In this document: piece after piece, positions 49,168 to 61,857 of the stretch | Layout of the letters: each line of letters starts with the position of its first letter | Numbering within the stretch: the stretch's first letter is position 1 | The notes under the pieces: model-generated | What the model was told of the DNA's origin: nothing | The model's input: only the letters and a program-made list of their open reading frames with translations | The model's database searches: none | DNA from: Octopus bimaculoides | Taxonomy: Eukaryota | Direction: 5' to 3' | NCBI RefSeq assembly: GCF_001194135.2 | Contig: NC_068991.1 | Coordinates: forward strand, 9,342,775-9,406,774 | Length of the DNA: 64,000 nt | Translations under genes and position numbers: made by a program

Positions 49168-49985
49168 TAATAATAATATGCAACGAACAGAGCGTATATG
49201 GTCAATTCATACAACAAATCGAGTATGTTGGAAGTAAAGGAAGCTGAGTCCGTATCTGACAAACGGAAATCTAAAACGAGAAACCGAATCACTAATTATA
49301 GCCGCTCGGGAACAAGCCCTTACGACGAATCTGGTAAAGGCAACGATTGATAAAACTCAGTATGAGAACAAACGCAGAATCGGTGGGAAAGGGTACGAAA
49401 GTATTAAGAATCTCTTGGGTAAATACAGTAAACTAAAACGAAAAGAGTATAAGCACAGGAATGACTGTGTAGGTAAAAGAGTGCAGTGGAATGTTAGCCG
49501 AATGAGTGGATTGAACGTAGCAGAAAAGTAGTATGACCACAAATCAGAGGCTGTAACAGAATAAGATTTACAGGGTTTTATGAAATATCACCATAAAAAC
49601 TGACCATAGAACTGAAGTGAGAAGACCATAAATGACTATAGAGGACAAAAGAAACAAACAGAGTAAGATCATAGATTTTACTATCTCATATGGTAATAGC
49701 AAAGAAATTTTTAAAATTGAAAAATATCTGGACTGAGCCAGAAAGATGAAATGATGTTTGGAAGTCTGAGATCATAATTATTCCTGTAGTAATTGGTGCA
49801 CTTGGCACAACTCCCAAAATGGTATCTAAGAGACTAAAGAGTAATGGAATTGAGATTTGCGCTGTCAACTTGCAGAAAAGCGCAGTCCTGTATTCAGCAA
49901 GAATCCTACAAGAGATTCTTGAAATTTGAAGAGACTTGTCGCGAAACCTAAAGATAACATCCCCGCAAATATATTAGACGTGTAA
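49165..49985 (+). mobile_element. Degenerate R4/Dong-like RLE LINE, 3' fragment
   Basis: YLTNGNLKRETESLIIAAREQALTTN, IIIPVVIGALGTTP, NLQKSAVLYSARILQEILEI*; begins directly after (TAA)n. Confidence 0.8.
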
Positions 49986-50924
49986 ATGGCTTCTAAAGAA
50001 CGTACGAGTGTTTGAAGGAGAAGATTTTTATCATTATTATTATTATGTTTGCCAGAAGGATGGCAGATGACGATGGCATTACAAAGATGAATTTCAAAAA
50101 CCAGACGGGAAATGATAAATGCAGAATCGATTGTGGACAAAAGTAGGCATGGAAAATAATAGGAATGAACTGAGATATTCCAAAGAGCGGACAGCCATCT
50201 ACGGCCAGTGAAGTAATCCCACAAATCCGGGATTAACCTGATTACCAAAGTAGTCTCGTCCAGCTATTTTCTCCGAGCTAAAAAAAACTTGCTGAGATTC
50301 ACACTATCTGTTGTCTCCACTCTGACACCTTCCATGTATGGTTTGCGTTCGTGTGCCTGCGCGTGTGTGTGTGTGTGTATTCATCGGGGAGCGATGGATA
50401 CACTTTTCCCATGCGTTTTTGATCTATGTTGCTGCTGTACATAAAATCATTACTACAGTTGTTGTTGCTGTTGTTGTTGCTGCTGCTACTGTTATCGTCG
50501 TCACCGCCGCCGCCGCCGTCGTCGTCACTTTTGGTCATCGTAATGATTCTTACACTGTGGCAGCTGCTACTGTTGCTCTTTTATGTCACAATTGTTGGAT
50601 ACAAAGAGTTACACATTCTTCTCTTACACCACATGTCAGAAGACCCTAAGGTGAGTGGTGTTGCAACAATTGTAGCATTTAAGTCTCCTGCTCTCCACTA
50701 TAGCGCGATTCTACATTCTACTCTAGAAACAAATGTGGTCAAGGATTTTCACAAAGTGTACAGGTATTGTCAGTACCTCAGGTGCCATTTCCGATCAGTT
50801 GGTCTTAAAAGTGGAACTGCTGTTTACTCCTTCATCACACTCCTCAATCGCTGTCACTGGCTGCTCCGGGTCCAACTCCGGCAGAGTTATCCTCGACGCT
50901 TAACGCCCCATCTATGTTCACAAG

Positions 50925-52200
50925 AGGATGAATTCTTCCAGTGCCTGGAGAGCAGAGTTGACGTCAGATGAGGGTTTAGCAGATATACAGACCAAAAGAA
51001 GAATCTTTCAAGGGGTCAGTCTCTCCCCTGTCTTGTTTACGATAACACTAATCCCTTTGCCGATTGAGCAAAGTTAAGAAAGGATACTCACAAGGAAAGA
51101 AGAGAAGAAAAGTGAATGATCTTTATATGCATGAGTGAAAGCTTTGTGGCAAAGAGAAAGATTAAAATGCTTATTTAATGCAACCGTAAGAATATTTAGT
51201 AGCAACATTCGGATGACATTCGGAGTCATGAAATGTTTTATGACGGAAAACCCGTAAAAAGTTCTGGAATAGATCTACCTAATGATGAGGATATAAATCC
51301 TTAAATGCAAAAGAAGCATTAATATCTGGAAATACGGCAAAGCAACAAAATCAAAAATGCAAAAGTTAAGGAAGCCTTTAGTAATGGCTGTTTTCGCAGA
51401 AAATGAGTTTTTAAATCTAAATTGAATGCGGGTAACATCATGCAAGCAAAAAACATGAGGGTGGTATTACTAGTAAAGTATGAAGCAGAAATTATTGACT
51501 AGAGGTAGTATGAAGCTGAAGGATGTCGACGAGAAAACGAGGAAGCAGTTGATAATGCACAGAAGTATGCATTCGCAATCAAATGGGAACGCTTTGCGCA
51601 GGACAAAAGCAGAAGGAAGACGGTTAATGAAGACGGTTAATGAGTGCCGAAGATGTAGAAGAGACAGAGAATACAAGAAGAGGTTATATTTCGGAAGAAA
51701 AGCAGAAACACTCCTTAAGGATGTAATAAGTGAAAGATTATTCACAGAATCTGTAGAACTCAAAGAAAAATTGTAGAAAATGGGAAATTCATCTTTGAAA
51801 GAAAGAAGCTTCATTCTGTGTTTTGCTTTTGTTTTGTTTTTGGTCTTTAAGGCAAAAGAGATAAGAAATTACATTGACAGTTGGCTTTGGTTAAAGACAG
51901 GAATATTGAGGAAAGAGACCGAAGGAATAATTCTGAGAAGACAAGAATAGGCTCTAAGGTTAAACAGGATCAGGAGAACGATGGATCAACAGGACTGTTC
52001 ACCCAAATGTAGAATGTGTGATAATTCAAACAAGACTGTTGTTTACTTTGTATTTGAATGTAGTTTAATCGACTTGACATGATACCAGAGTAAAAAAAAA
52101 ATGGAAAGGAAAACGAAAAATGTGAAGTATTTTACCGACTTGGAATATGAAAACCTCAAATGATGGAACAAAAAAGTTAATAAGGTCATGATTCCAGCCA
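50925..52200 (+). mobile_element. Degenerate R4/Dong-like LINE, RT to zinc-knuckle region
   Basis: AWRAELTSDEGLADIQTKRRIFQGVSLSPVLF, DVDEKTRKQLIMHRSMH, WLWLKTGILRKETEGII, KCRMC; heavily interrupted. Confidence 0.75.
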
Positions 52201-52254
52201 ATTACCATTGGGGTGTTTAGAACACGGACAAAGAATTTGAGAACAAACGTTGGC

Positions 52255-52355
52255 AGTTTGGTAAAAAGAGACCGATATAATAAGTACTAGACCCTTCAAG
52301 GCGGTGCCCCAACATGTCCGCCGTCCAACGATTGTAACAAGCAAAATATAAAAGA
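52255..52355 (+). mobile_element. SINE family B 3' fragment
   Basis: aaaagagaccgatataataagtactag-acccttcaaggcggtgcccca. Confidence 0.65.
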
Positions 52356-52554
52356 TGGAAGATACCTGTGAAGATTTTATATTATCTTCGAATTCCTTGA
52401 TTCCATATTCAAATTTCTAATCCCACCTCACGCTGTGAAGAGATAGGGACCTCCTTTTATATTAACGGCAACTCAAAGGACACCGAGTGTGTTTGAAGAA
52501 TATGATTTCTTTAAACGGACAAGCTGCAGAATAGTCCACATTTATGTACAACAA

Positions 52555-52946
52555 TGGTTTCAAATTTTGACTCATGACCAGCACTTTAAGTCGGTTACAT
52601 TGATCCTAACGCTCAGCTGATACTTATTTTATTGACAGCGAAAAAATGAAAGGTAAAGTCGACCCGGCAATATTTGAACTTAGAACGTTAAATTGGAAGA
52701 AACGCCACAAAGCATTTATTCCGGCGTGGTAACGATTCTGCCAGCTCGCCACTTTCGGTTTCAAATTTTGGTACATGGTCAACAATTTAAGGGAAGCAGA
52801 TAAGCTGATCACATCAACCCCAGTACTTCGCTGATACTTTATTTTTTGTCCCCGAAAAGATAAAAGGTCAAGTTGACCTCGGAGGGTTACGAATTCAGAA
52901 CGTAAAGAGTCGGAAGAAATGCCGTTAAGACTTTTGCCAAGCGTGC
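52555..52946 (-). mobile_element. Two tandem family A SINEs
   Basis: Both begin ggtttcaaatttt (tail, reverse complement) and carry Meta-like and B-box segments. Confidence 0.75.
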
Positions 52947-53769
52947 AGCCTTTTTTTTTGTATGATAATAAAACTCGTGCATGCATCTTCCCCACTGGTT
53001 CTTTTATAATTATCATTAATTAATCTATAGCAGTTTATTTTCATTACGGTGCAGATGCTAATGCATTTTTAAAAATTCGTCGGGAATCGAACAAGTATAC
53101 CGACACAACTGGAAATGAAAACTGATTTTGTGTTTTCCAGTAACAGGCTACCACACTTCTTCAACATCTTTGTTATTGCTTTCTGAGATATTTTCTTTAT
53201 TATTCCTTAAATTTAAATTCATACTTGTAATCCTATCAAATATTATGAAAAAATGATTATCTCCCTTGTACTAACTGTCCACTAGGTAACTCCACGCATA
53301 GCATATTCTTGAGATGATAGGCATATTAAATGTCCTTTCATCTTTATTCCAAGTTGTGTAACACCTATCAGAACGGCTCAAGTGTTGCTGAGACATATTA
53401 CAGATTCGTTGAACATGGTTTTAAATCACTGAACATCTGGAACATTCAATGCAAGTTGCCTCCATATGACCAATTCTTTAACGAACGCTGAGTCTTCATA
53501 TGTTTTTTGAAACCCTCCCTAAGGTTGAGACAACAACGGAATCTCTTCGTAGTTAAACAATATGTTAGAAATAGCAGCCAAAGTTCTTGTAAATCATACC
53601 TACTGTCTTTAATAAGGAAAGAACAGATTGGATAATAGTTTTACATACATACATAAAGGTACTGAATACTTACGCACATACATGTATGCATATATACACA
53701 CACACGCACACGCACACGCACACGCACACGCACGCACGCACACACACACACACACACAAATATATATAT

Positions 53770-53825
<56 letters not shown>

Positions 53826-54056
53826 GCAAACAGAAATACGTAAATATGCATATACATACACGAATATATATTTGTGCGTGTGTGTGTATATATATATATA
53901 TATGTATATATGCATGTAAATTTGTATATGTGTGTACATACACATGCGCACGCGCACAAACACACACACACATACACACACACATATATATACACACGAA
54001 TACACGCATACAGATACATATGAGTCTATATACATATATATATATGGGTGTGTGTG

Positions 54057-54113
<57 letters not shown>

Positions 54114-55150
54114 ACACACACATACGAATGCCCACGCACACGCATACATACGTACGCACATGCATGCTTACGTAATCGGTGTGTGCATGCATATACTCTT
54201 GCATTTTCTTATGATAAAATAGACACAGAGTTAGCTAACTACTAAACTAATCTACTAACTGGAGTTTAAGCCACTTGAGACGAGCAAACAATGCTAAATA
54301 TCTGAGAATTTATTCCTTACACCTCTCGCTACATGGTTCCTGTTCAGGTGAAGGTAATTATATTTGAAGAGAATATCTGCAACAGACTTCAACGCCCTTT
54401 AACGGTGCCCGTCTCCTCTTCTCTGCCATCCCTCTCTAACAATCTCTGTGCCAATCTGAATAACAGCGCTGAATTGGATTCGTTGGCGACCCTGTTGTAT
54501 ACCTAGCTGAATTATGCAAGTCACAACGAATCTACACTTGCTAGAAAAAGATACCAAATCTACCTGAAGTCATGTGATCTCCTTATACTTTTTTTAACAA
54601 GATGTGTTGGATAATATAGCGTTAGGTAGACTAGATCTACGATAAATGTTGGTATGATCAAGATTTAAATACTTTTAGTTTTCTTTACTTTGTTTCAGCT
54701 ATCGTAGACGAGACCATGTTGTAGTCTTGCCTTCAAATTCTTTGTTCATGTGTTTTTTCTCGATCAAAGCTGCTTAGACTTAAACAACAATGAAAAAACA
54801 ACAGAATATTACGTATCGAGAGGCCTTTTATGTGGTTGCATCACCTGCAAGAAGTGACGGCTGAATCTCCCTTGTATCATCGTCTTATGAAACGTGATAA
54901 TACTCACGTCTGAGATAACAGATGGACGCGTCAGACTACTTCTGATGAGAGACTGGCCTGAGGTTAAACATGAACAAAAACAATAACATCAGAAGACCAG
55001 TAGCGTAGTTTGAGGTAGAGGGCAGAGGGCGCTGCGCTTTTGGATCCACTGTTTAAGCTTGTATGACGTTGGGGGAGGCAACCTCAGGGGCTGCCACTGC
55101 AGAAGACACCAGGAATCGTGAGGAAGTTTCTACATTGTTGCTTTACCTGC

Positions 55151-55410
55151 AAGAAATAACAGCCAACTTTGCTTCAAATCACACGCTGTTGTCCTTAAAA
55201 ATAGAAATCAATACGCATAAGAAATTGCAGCCAAATATATCCCTGAAATCACGCAATACCGTCGTTTAAAAAATAAAGCAAAGCATATTAGAAATTGCAG
55301 CCAATTCTCCCTCAAATCTTGCACAATTGTCCTTTAATAAATAGGACAGGACATATTAGAAATTGCAGCCAAATCTCGCTCAAATTATACTCTATCGTAG
55401 GCTAAAAGGA
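55151..55410. repeat. Four tandem units of about 68-70 bp related to repeat family G
   Basis: agaaattgcagccaa-type motif starts at 55151, 55219, 55289 and 55357. Confidence 0.75.
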
Positions 55411-55683
55411 AAACGTCAAGACATTTGATAACGTAATTCAACATGTTATCTTTATTTCCGTTCTCTCCTGTCGCACGTATTGTTTTATCATTGACTCATT
55501 AAATGGTTCTAGCAGCATAATCAATTTTATTATGAGTAATGGCTGCTAGCTCCGCACTCAACTGCCACTCTCCTCCTTTTCTGGAGAATGTTGCGCCGTG
55601 ACTGGTCTCCTACGACACTTCGTGTGCCGTGTCGTAACCGATCCCAAGGAAGAAAAGAAGCAGAAGAATTTCCGTTTCTTATA

Positions 55684-55824
55684 CTGATACTTTATTGATG
55701 GACTCCAGAAAGCTGAAAGGCAAAGTTGACTTAGACACGATTTGAACTCAGGTCACAAAGAGACGAAGACAAATACGGCAAGGAGTTTTGTCTGACTCTG
55801 TAACAACTATGCCAATTCGCCGCC
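55684..55824 (-). mobile_element. SINE family A, diverged
   Basis: tgaaaggcaaagttgac..atttgaactcag..gccaattcgccgcc. Confidence 0.7.
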
Positions 55825-55888
55825 TAAGGTTACAAACGTTATACTATGTCTGAACATACATACATACATACATACATACATACATACA

Positions 55889-55920
<32 letters not shown>

Positions 55921-55939
55921 ATATGACTATATATATAAA

Positions 55940-56075
55940 GCCGTTTGTCAAAAAGTTACCGATAGGATAAGTACCAAACTTTTTTTAAATGTTCTGGGGT
56001 CGATTTGTTCGACTACAGCCTTCAAGGTGGTACCCCAGCCTGGCCGCAGTTTAATGACTGAAACAGGTAAATGAT
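55940..56075 (+). mobile_element. SINE family B 3' fragment
   Basis: ccgataggataagtacc..ctggggtcgatttgttcgacta..tggccgcagtttaatgactgaaacagg. Confidence 0.7.
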
Positions 56076-56311
56076 ATATAAATACACACACATACTCACT
56101 CACTCACTCACTCAGACATATATATATATATATATATAAGATTCTGTAGTCATAGCAAGAAAAATGGTTTTGATTAAAAGTCTGAGCTGAAACAAGACTC
56201 ATCTGAAACTAAACAACACGAAAAGCAACAACAACCAAAAAAAAAAACTGAACTGCAAAGGCGACAATAATAGCAAGTACAACTCAAACAACATCAAAAT
56301 CAACTACTAAC

Positions 56312-56383
<72 letters not shown>

Positions 56384-57180
56384 TCTTTTATATCTTATAG
56401 ACTAAACGCTATAATATTAAGTAAAATAAGCTGTTTCTTGTATTTTTCATATTGTCTTTTACAATATATTTTGGTTTTAAAATGTCTACCGTCTAATTAG
56501 TTATAATGACGTAGTTTTTGTTTTCTGTGTTGTTCTTGTAGTACTCGTTGTCCTTGTTTATTAAACTTGTTATTGCTGTTTTTATTGGGTAATTTTTTAA
56601 TATGAAGTTGTTCGTTTTGTCTGCTCTATTGTTGATTTTTGTATGTTGTTGTTGATGTTTTTTAATAAATTTAGCAGCTTTTTTTAAAATGGTTATATTA
56701 TGTACTTCGTTATATTGTAACTGTTGTAATTGTTGTTGTTCTTCTTAGTGCTGCTATTATTGAATAAGCCCCAGGTCAGCTTTGATTGAGTAGGCCTACA
56801 GTCGAAGGCAATCCAGCCTTGATCATCCCGACTTTTACTTTTATTCAGATACAGTGTTATCTAAGACAACATTATGCCATTACGCAATGGCTTCCGCTTA
56901 AAGAGTGTGATTTGGTGCAGATTTGGCGGCAATTTCAAGATAGGTCAAACACACCCACACATACACGCACAAACACACCCACACATACACTCACACACAC
57001 ACACGAACATACACACATACACAAAGCTGGTGACCACACATATACACACAGGCGGAGACACTCAAAAGAATACATCTAGCTCAAAGGAAAGTCCTTATTC
57101 TTTCTTCAACAAGACATTCATCACAACATACACACCTATCAACTCACAGCTGGTCACTTTCCAAACATATTGAAAGGACC

Positions 57181-57380
57181 TGACAGAAACGTTAGCACGC
57201 CAGGCCAAATGCTTAGCGATATTTCGTCTGGCTTTACGTTCTGAGTTCAAATTCTGCCGAGGTCGACTTTGTCTTTCATCCTTTCAGGGTCGGTAAAGTA
57301 ATTACCTTCTGGGGGTTGATCTAAGCGACTGGCCCCCCTCCCCAAAAATTACGGGCCTTGTGCCTAGAGTAGAAAAGATT
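57181..57380 (+). mobile_element. SINE family A
   Basis: gacagaaacgttagcacg..gagttcaaattctgccgaggtcgac..gccttgtgcctagagtagaaaagatt. Confidence 0.8.
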
Positions 57381-58310
57381 CAACACATTACACACACACT
57401 CACACACGCATTCATACACACACACACACACATTCACACACACAGTTGGACATAGACCCATTCAATAAATGCTTTTTAGCCACTCCCTTGGCAGGAACAC
57501 ACAAAGATTTCTTTTAGACAATAGACACCCCTTCTCGCACTCTCTAACACTTTGAAATCTATACCAAACTATATTTAAAGAAGACTTCAAAGAAAAATCT
57601 CTAGACATGTTCTGGACCCCACCAGACAGAAGATAAACTGTTTTTACTTCNNNNNNNNNNNNNNNNNNNNNNNNNNNNNNNNNNNNNNNNNNNNNNNNNN
57701 NNNNNNNNNNNNNNNNNNNNNNNNNNNNNNNNNNNNNNNNNNNNNNNNNNNNNNNNNNNNNNNNNNNNNNNNNNNNNNNNNNNNNNNNNNNNNNNNNNNN
57801 NNNNNNNNNNNNNNNNNNNNNNNNNNNNNNNNNNNNNNNNNNNNNNNNNNNNNNNNNNNNNNNNNNNNNNNNNNNNNNNNNNNNNNNNNNNNNNNNNNNN
57901 NNNNNNNNNNNNNNNNNNNNNNNNNNNNNNNNNNNNNNNNNNNNNNNNNNNNNNNNNNNNNNNNNNNNNNNNNNNNNNNNNNNNNNNNNNNNNNNNNNNN
58001 NNNNNNNNNNNNNNNNNNNNNNNNNNNNNNNNNNNNNNNNNNNNNNNNNNNNNNNNNNNNNNNNNNNNNNNNNNNNNNNNNNNNNNNNNNNNNNNNNNNN
58101 NNNNNNNNNNNNNNNNNNNNNNNNNNNNNNNNNNNNNNNNNNNNNNNNNNNNNNNNNNNNNNNNNNNNNNNNNNNNNNNNNNNNNNNNNNNNNNNNNNNN
58201 NNNNNNNNNNNNNNNNNNNNNNNNNNNNNNNNNNNNNNNNNNNNNNNNNNNNNNNNNNNNNNNNNNNNNNNNNNNNNNNNNNNNNNNNNNNNNNNNNNNN
58301 NNNNNNNNNC

Positions 58311-58554
58311 ATTTATGGTGCATTTTAGAAAAACAAGTGAGGAATCGATATCCTCCACCATCATCACCACAAGAACTAGAGACTGTTTTAACTGAAGAAC
58401 GGGCAAAAATTCCTTTGTAAACAACTCGAACTTTGTACGAGTCCATACCTCATAGATTTCAAGCTGTAATTACTGCTAAAGGCGGTCCTACCCCATATTA
58501 AAATAAATTTGTTTGAAATTTTAAAGTGCTTCCATTATTTTGTCCACCCCACTG
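58311..58554 (+). mobile_element. Tc1-like transposon 3' end (5' part in the gap)
   Basis: LWCILEKQVRNRYPPPSSPQELETVLTEERAKIPL*...SIPHRFQAVITAKGGPTPY*; terminus ttttgtccaccccactg-TA. Confidence 0.85.
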
Positions 58555-58572
58555 TATATATATATATATATA

Positions 58573-58735
58573 CGACTGGCTTCTTTCAGTTTCCGTCTAC
58601 CAAATCCACTCACAAGGCTTTGGTCGGCCCGAGGCTATAGTAGAAGACATTTGCCCAAAGTGTCACTCGGTGGAACTGAACCCGGAACCATGTGGTTGGG
58701 AAGCAAGCTTCTAACCAATCAGTCACGCCTGCACC
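58573..58735 (-). mobile_element. SINE family B 5' half, ending at its internal (TA)n
   Basis: Reverse complement of the head + CORE-like segment + gaaactgaaagaagccagtcg(ta)n. Confidence 0.85.
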
Positions 58736-58840
58736 TACGTATATGTATATTTTTGATATTTAGCAGAAGTAACAGAGTAACTCAAGGTCCGAGAGTTTCG
58801 TGTCAACTGTGGGTGTGTTTGCTTGGGTATGTGTGCCTCT

Positions 58841-58886
<46 letters not shown>

Positions 58887-60138
58887 NNNNNNNNNNNNNN
58901 NNNNNNNNNNNNNNNNNNNNNNNNNNNNNNNNNNNNNNNNNNNNNNNNNNNNNNNNNNNNNNNNNNNNNNNNNNNNNNNNNNNNNNNNNNNNNNNNNNNN
59001 NNNNNNNNNNNNNNNNNNNNNNNNNNNNNNNNNNNNNNNNNNNNNNNNNNNNNNNNNNNNNNNNNNNNNNNNNNNNNNNNNNNNNNNNNNNNNNNNNNNN
59101 NNNNNNNNNNNNNNNNNNNNNNNNNNNNNNNNNNNNNNNNNNNNNNNNNNNNNNNNNNNNNNNNNNNNNNNNNNNNNNNNNNNNNNNNNNNNNNNNNNNN
59201 NNNNNNNNNNNNNNNNNNNNNNNNNNNNNNNNNNNNNNNNNNNNNNNNNNNNNNNNNNNNNNNNNNNNNNNNNNNNNNNNNNNNNNNNNNNTGTGTGTGT
59301 AACCTTGACCTTGAAATTAAATCTGACCTGCAATTCAACCCTTACATGTTGCACAACGAAGTCTGTGAGAGAGAGACAGGGGAGTAGCGTGAGGTCCTTG
59401 AATTCAAATGATAAAATTGTATTGTTGCATCAGCCGACACGTCATTTCCCTTTCCTTTTGTTTTCCTTCTGCTAAGCAAGGCAAGCATCGTTCTTTTTGT
59501 CTATTTTGGGCAGACGTTGTTGCTGTGGCTATTGTTGCTGCTGTAGCTGTTGCGGTTGTTGTTATTGTTGCTGCTACTGCTGCTGCTGCTGCTACTACTG
59601 TTGTTGTTGTCATTATTATTTAGCCTCCAACTCGGCTCTCAACGAGCAGACGTATGCTCAAACGCACTCTTGCCGTAGCCATCTCGTCTTTTATTCGTCA
59701 TAAAACACTGTAGACTGTGACTCAATGTAGATTTAGTGTTATTCTTCAAAGCCACTTGTGAATCAGTTGAGTTCCAAAACTTTGAGAAACTTATATAGCT
59801 TCATTAAGATTCCTTTAAACTGGTGTGATTATAATCCCTTCGTAGGGATTAAAGGTGTTTCTTTGAATGAAAATATGTGTATTTACAAACATGTGTAGGA
59901 GAAGTGATTAGCACTTGCTGGGTGCTTCACAATTTCCATACACAGTACATGGAAGGAAAAAGGGGAGGACAAGATCTCTCTGGATAAATAACAGTAATTT
60001 ATTTTCTCTGAATAAACATTCTATCTCTGGTTAGCGGTAGCCGTGAACGCCTAGGTGAAGAAGCAGCAGGGTTGGTCGTTAGACACAAAGTAATAAGGCA
60101 TTGTCACAGACTCGCAGTGTCGCTCGCCAATAGATATC

Positions 60139-60651
60139 CTGCGTGTTCGTATCACGTCGGGGTCACCATTTTGTAAACGACCGTGCGAAAGGAGAGGTGA
60201 CGAGAATGGCTCTTTTAGTACATTGCATGGTCGATACAAATAAAATACGAAGAAGGATAAATATGTATAAGTGCTAGAAGGAAAAGAGAGACACAACAGG
60301 GGTGGAATGTTTAAGAGAAGATTTTATTGATAGGTTAACATGTGTGTCTGTGTGTGCGTCATACAAACATAATAATAGACAGGCCGTCATGTATACATAA
60401 TGTGTATGTGTGTGCAAGCATGGATGCATGCGTGTGCGATAAGTACAGAGCATAGAAAGAGTCTATAATGACGTTAGAAGAAAGTCCAGACACAAGGATG
60501 ATAAATACCAGTTCGTAGTCAAGGTACACAGTAGTTGAAGTGCTGTATCAAGAAGTTGAGGCTGCAATGCAGAGCCGGGGAGAGGCACATGTTGTATAAG
60601 AAGTTGTGGCTACGATGCAGAGCCGGTATCTTGGTACAGATGGTTGTCGCA
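60139..60651 (-). mobile_element. LTR retrotransposon remnant: putative LTR (60172-60651) and tRNA-Trp primer binding site (60151-60168)
   Basis: Minus strand TG...TTACA-aaa-TGGTGACCCCGACGTGAT; AATAAA inside; internal ~48-bp-spaced direct repeat aagaagttg.ggct.c.atgcagagccgg; the distal LTR boundary is inferred. Confidence 0.6.
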
Positions 60652-60733
60652 GTTTTTGTTATATTTCTGCTGCTTTTAAATAAAGCATATTACTCTACCT
60701 CTGGTATTTGAGTACTCTTTTTTCCACCTTGTT
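60650..60733 (+). mobile_element. Fragment of the same Penelope-type repeat as 62041-62120
   Basis: cagtttttgttatatttctgctgcttttaaataaagcat is near-identical to the reverse complement of 62041-62080. Confidence 0.75.
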
Positions 60734-60756
60734 GCAATTTCCATCGCTAATCGACA

Positions 60757-60826
60757 GACTATACTGACGATCCTGCAGATATTTACTTATGTAAATTTTA
60801 ACAGGTGAAACCATGGTACGTAAGTT
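60757..60826 (+). ncRNA. Type I hammerhead-ribozyme-like motif with extended stem II
   Basis: CUGACGA(60764-70)-u-CCUG..AUUUAC(UUAU)GUAAAU..CAGG-u-GAAA-C(CAUG)G-UA; palindromic stem III ACCAUGGU; stem I degenerate. Confidence 0.65.
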
Positions 60827-61104
60827 AATCGTTTTTTTTTATTTAGTATTTTTTCATTTGTCTTGCCATTTTACAGTCTGTTGTGTCGCTGAATTTTTAC
60901 TGAGAACATATATTTTTTTCGTGGTTAGATGATTCGGCATCTATTTCTAGCATATAGGAGTCCTCTTTTGCTGGTCATTCCTCTTATTTTTTTGTATGTA
61001 ATATAATTTTAATCTTCGGATTTTTTTAATATGCTAGACCACTGGTTCTAATTGATCAATTTCTACCCTCATAAATAAATTTTATATATATATTTATATA
61101 TACA

Positions 61105-61295
61105 TATATTCTTTTATTTGTTTCAGTCATTTGACTGCGGCCATGTTGGAGCACCATCTTTGGTCGAAGAAATCGACCCCAAAACTCATTCTTTGTAAGC
61201 CTAGTATTTATTCTACCGGATCGTTTTCCGAACCGCTAAGTTACGGGGACGTAAACACACCAGCATCGGTTGTGAAGCGATGGTGGGGGACGAAT
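61105..61295 (-). mobile_element. SINE family B 3' half
   Basis: ttgtttcagtcatttgactgcggccatgttggagcacc..ccgaaccgctaagttacggggacgtaaacacaccagcatcggttg. Confidence 0.8.
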
Positions 61296-61377
61296 GCAGA
61301 GAAACAAAGATACACACACACACACACACANNNNNNNNNNNNNNNNNNNNNNNNNNNNNNNNNNNNNNNNNNNNNNN

Positions 61378-61413
<36 letters not shown>

Positions 61414-61442
61414 GAAGCATGACTTCTCTCTTTTACTATTTT

Positions 61443-61474
<32 letters not shown>

Positions 61475-61857
61475 TGCCATTGCTAATTTTCTCACAGACA
61501 ATGGTAGTTGATAAATACTTCAAAGAGAAACTAACCGAAGGCCAACAAAAATACTTTTTTTCTATTCTTAAGCAAACAGAAACTCTATTTCCTTTGTTGG
61601 TAGTTATCTCATTTCACGATGTTTTAAAAGACACAAAGCACATTTATATCTTAATATTTATTATCTACGACGCGTAATTAAACTAAATAACTATAAATGG
61701 GGTCTGTTGGTGAATCAAACGCAGTTTTGATGTCTTCCTTTATTCGTTATCCCTTTTAATATGGGTCACTTTTAAAGAGAAAGCGTGTGTAAGTGAATGA
61801 TAAGACTGTGTCGCTTGCATTGACTGTGAACGTACAGAGTTACCGATAAGGTAAGTG

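Noticed and set aside
50426-50971. 181-aa ORF as a host gene
   Set aside because: It starts in triplet repeats, has no recognisable domain or splice context, and its end overlaps a LINE relic in another frame
55151-55410. Regularly spaced repeats as a CRISPR-like array
   Set aside because: Eukaryotic context; whole units are homologous, with no unique spacers and no cas genes
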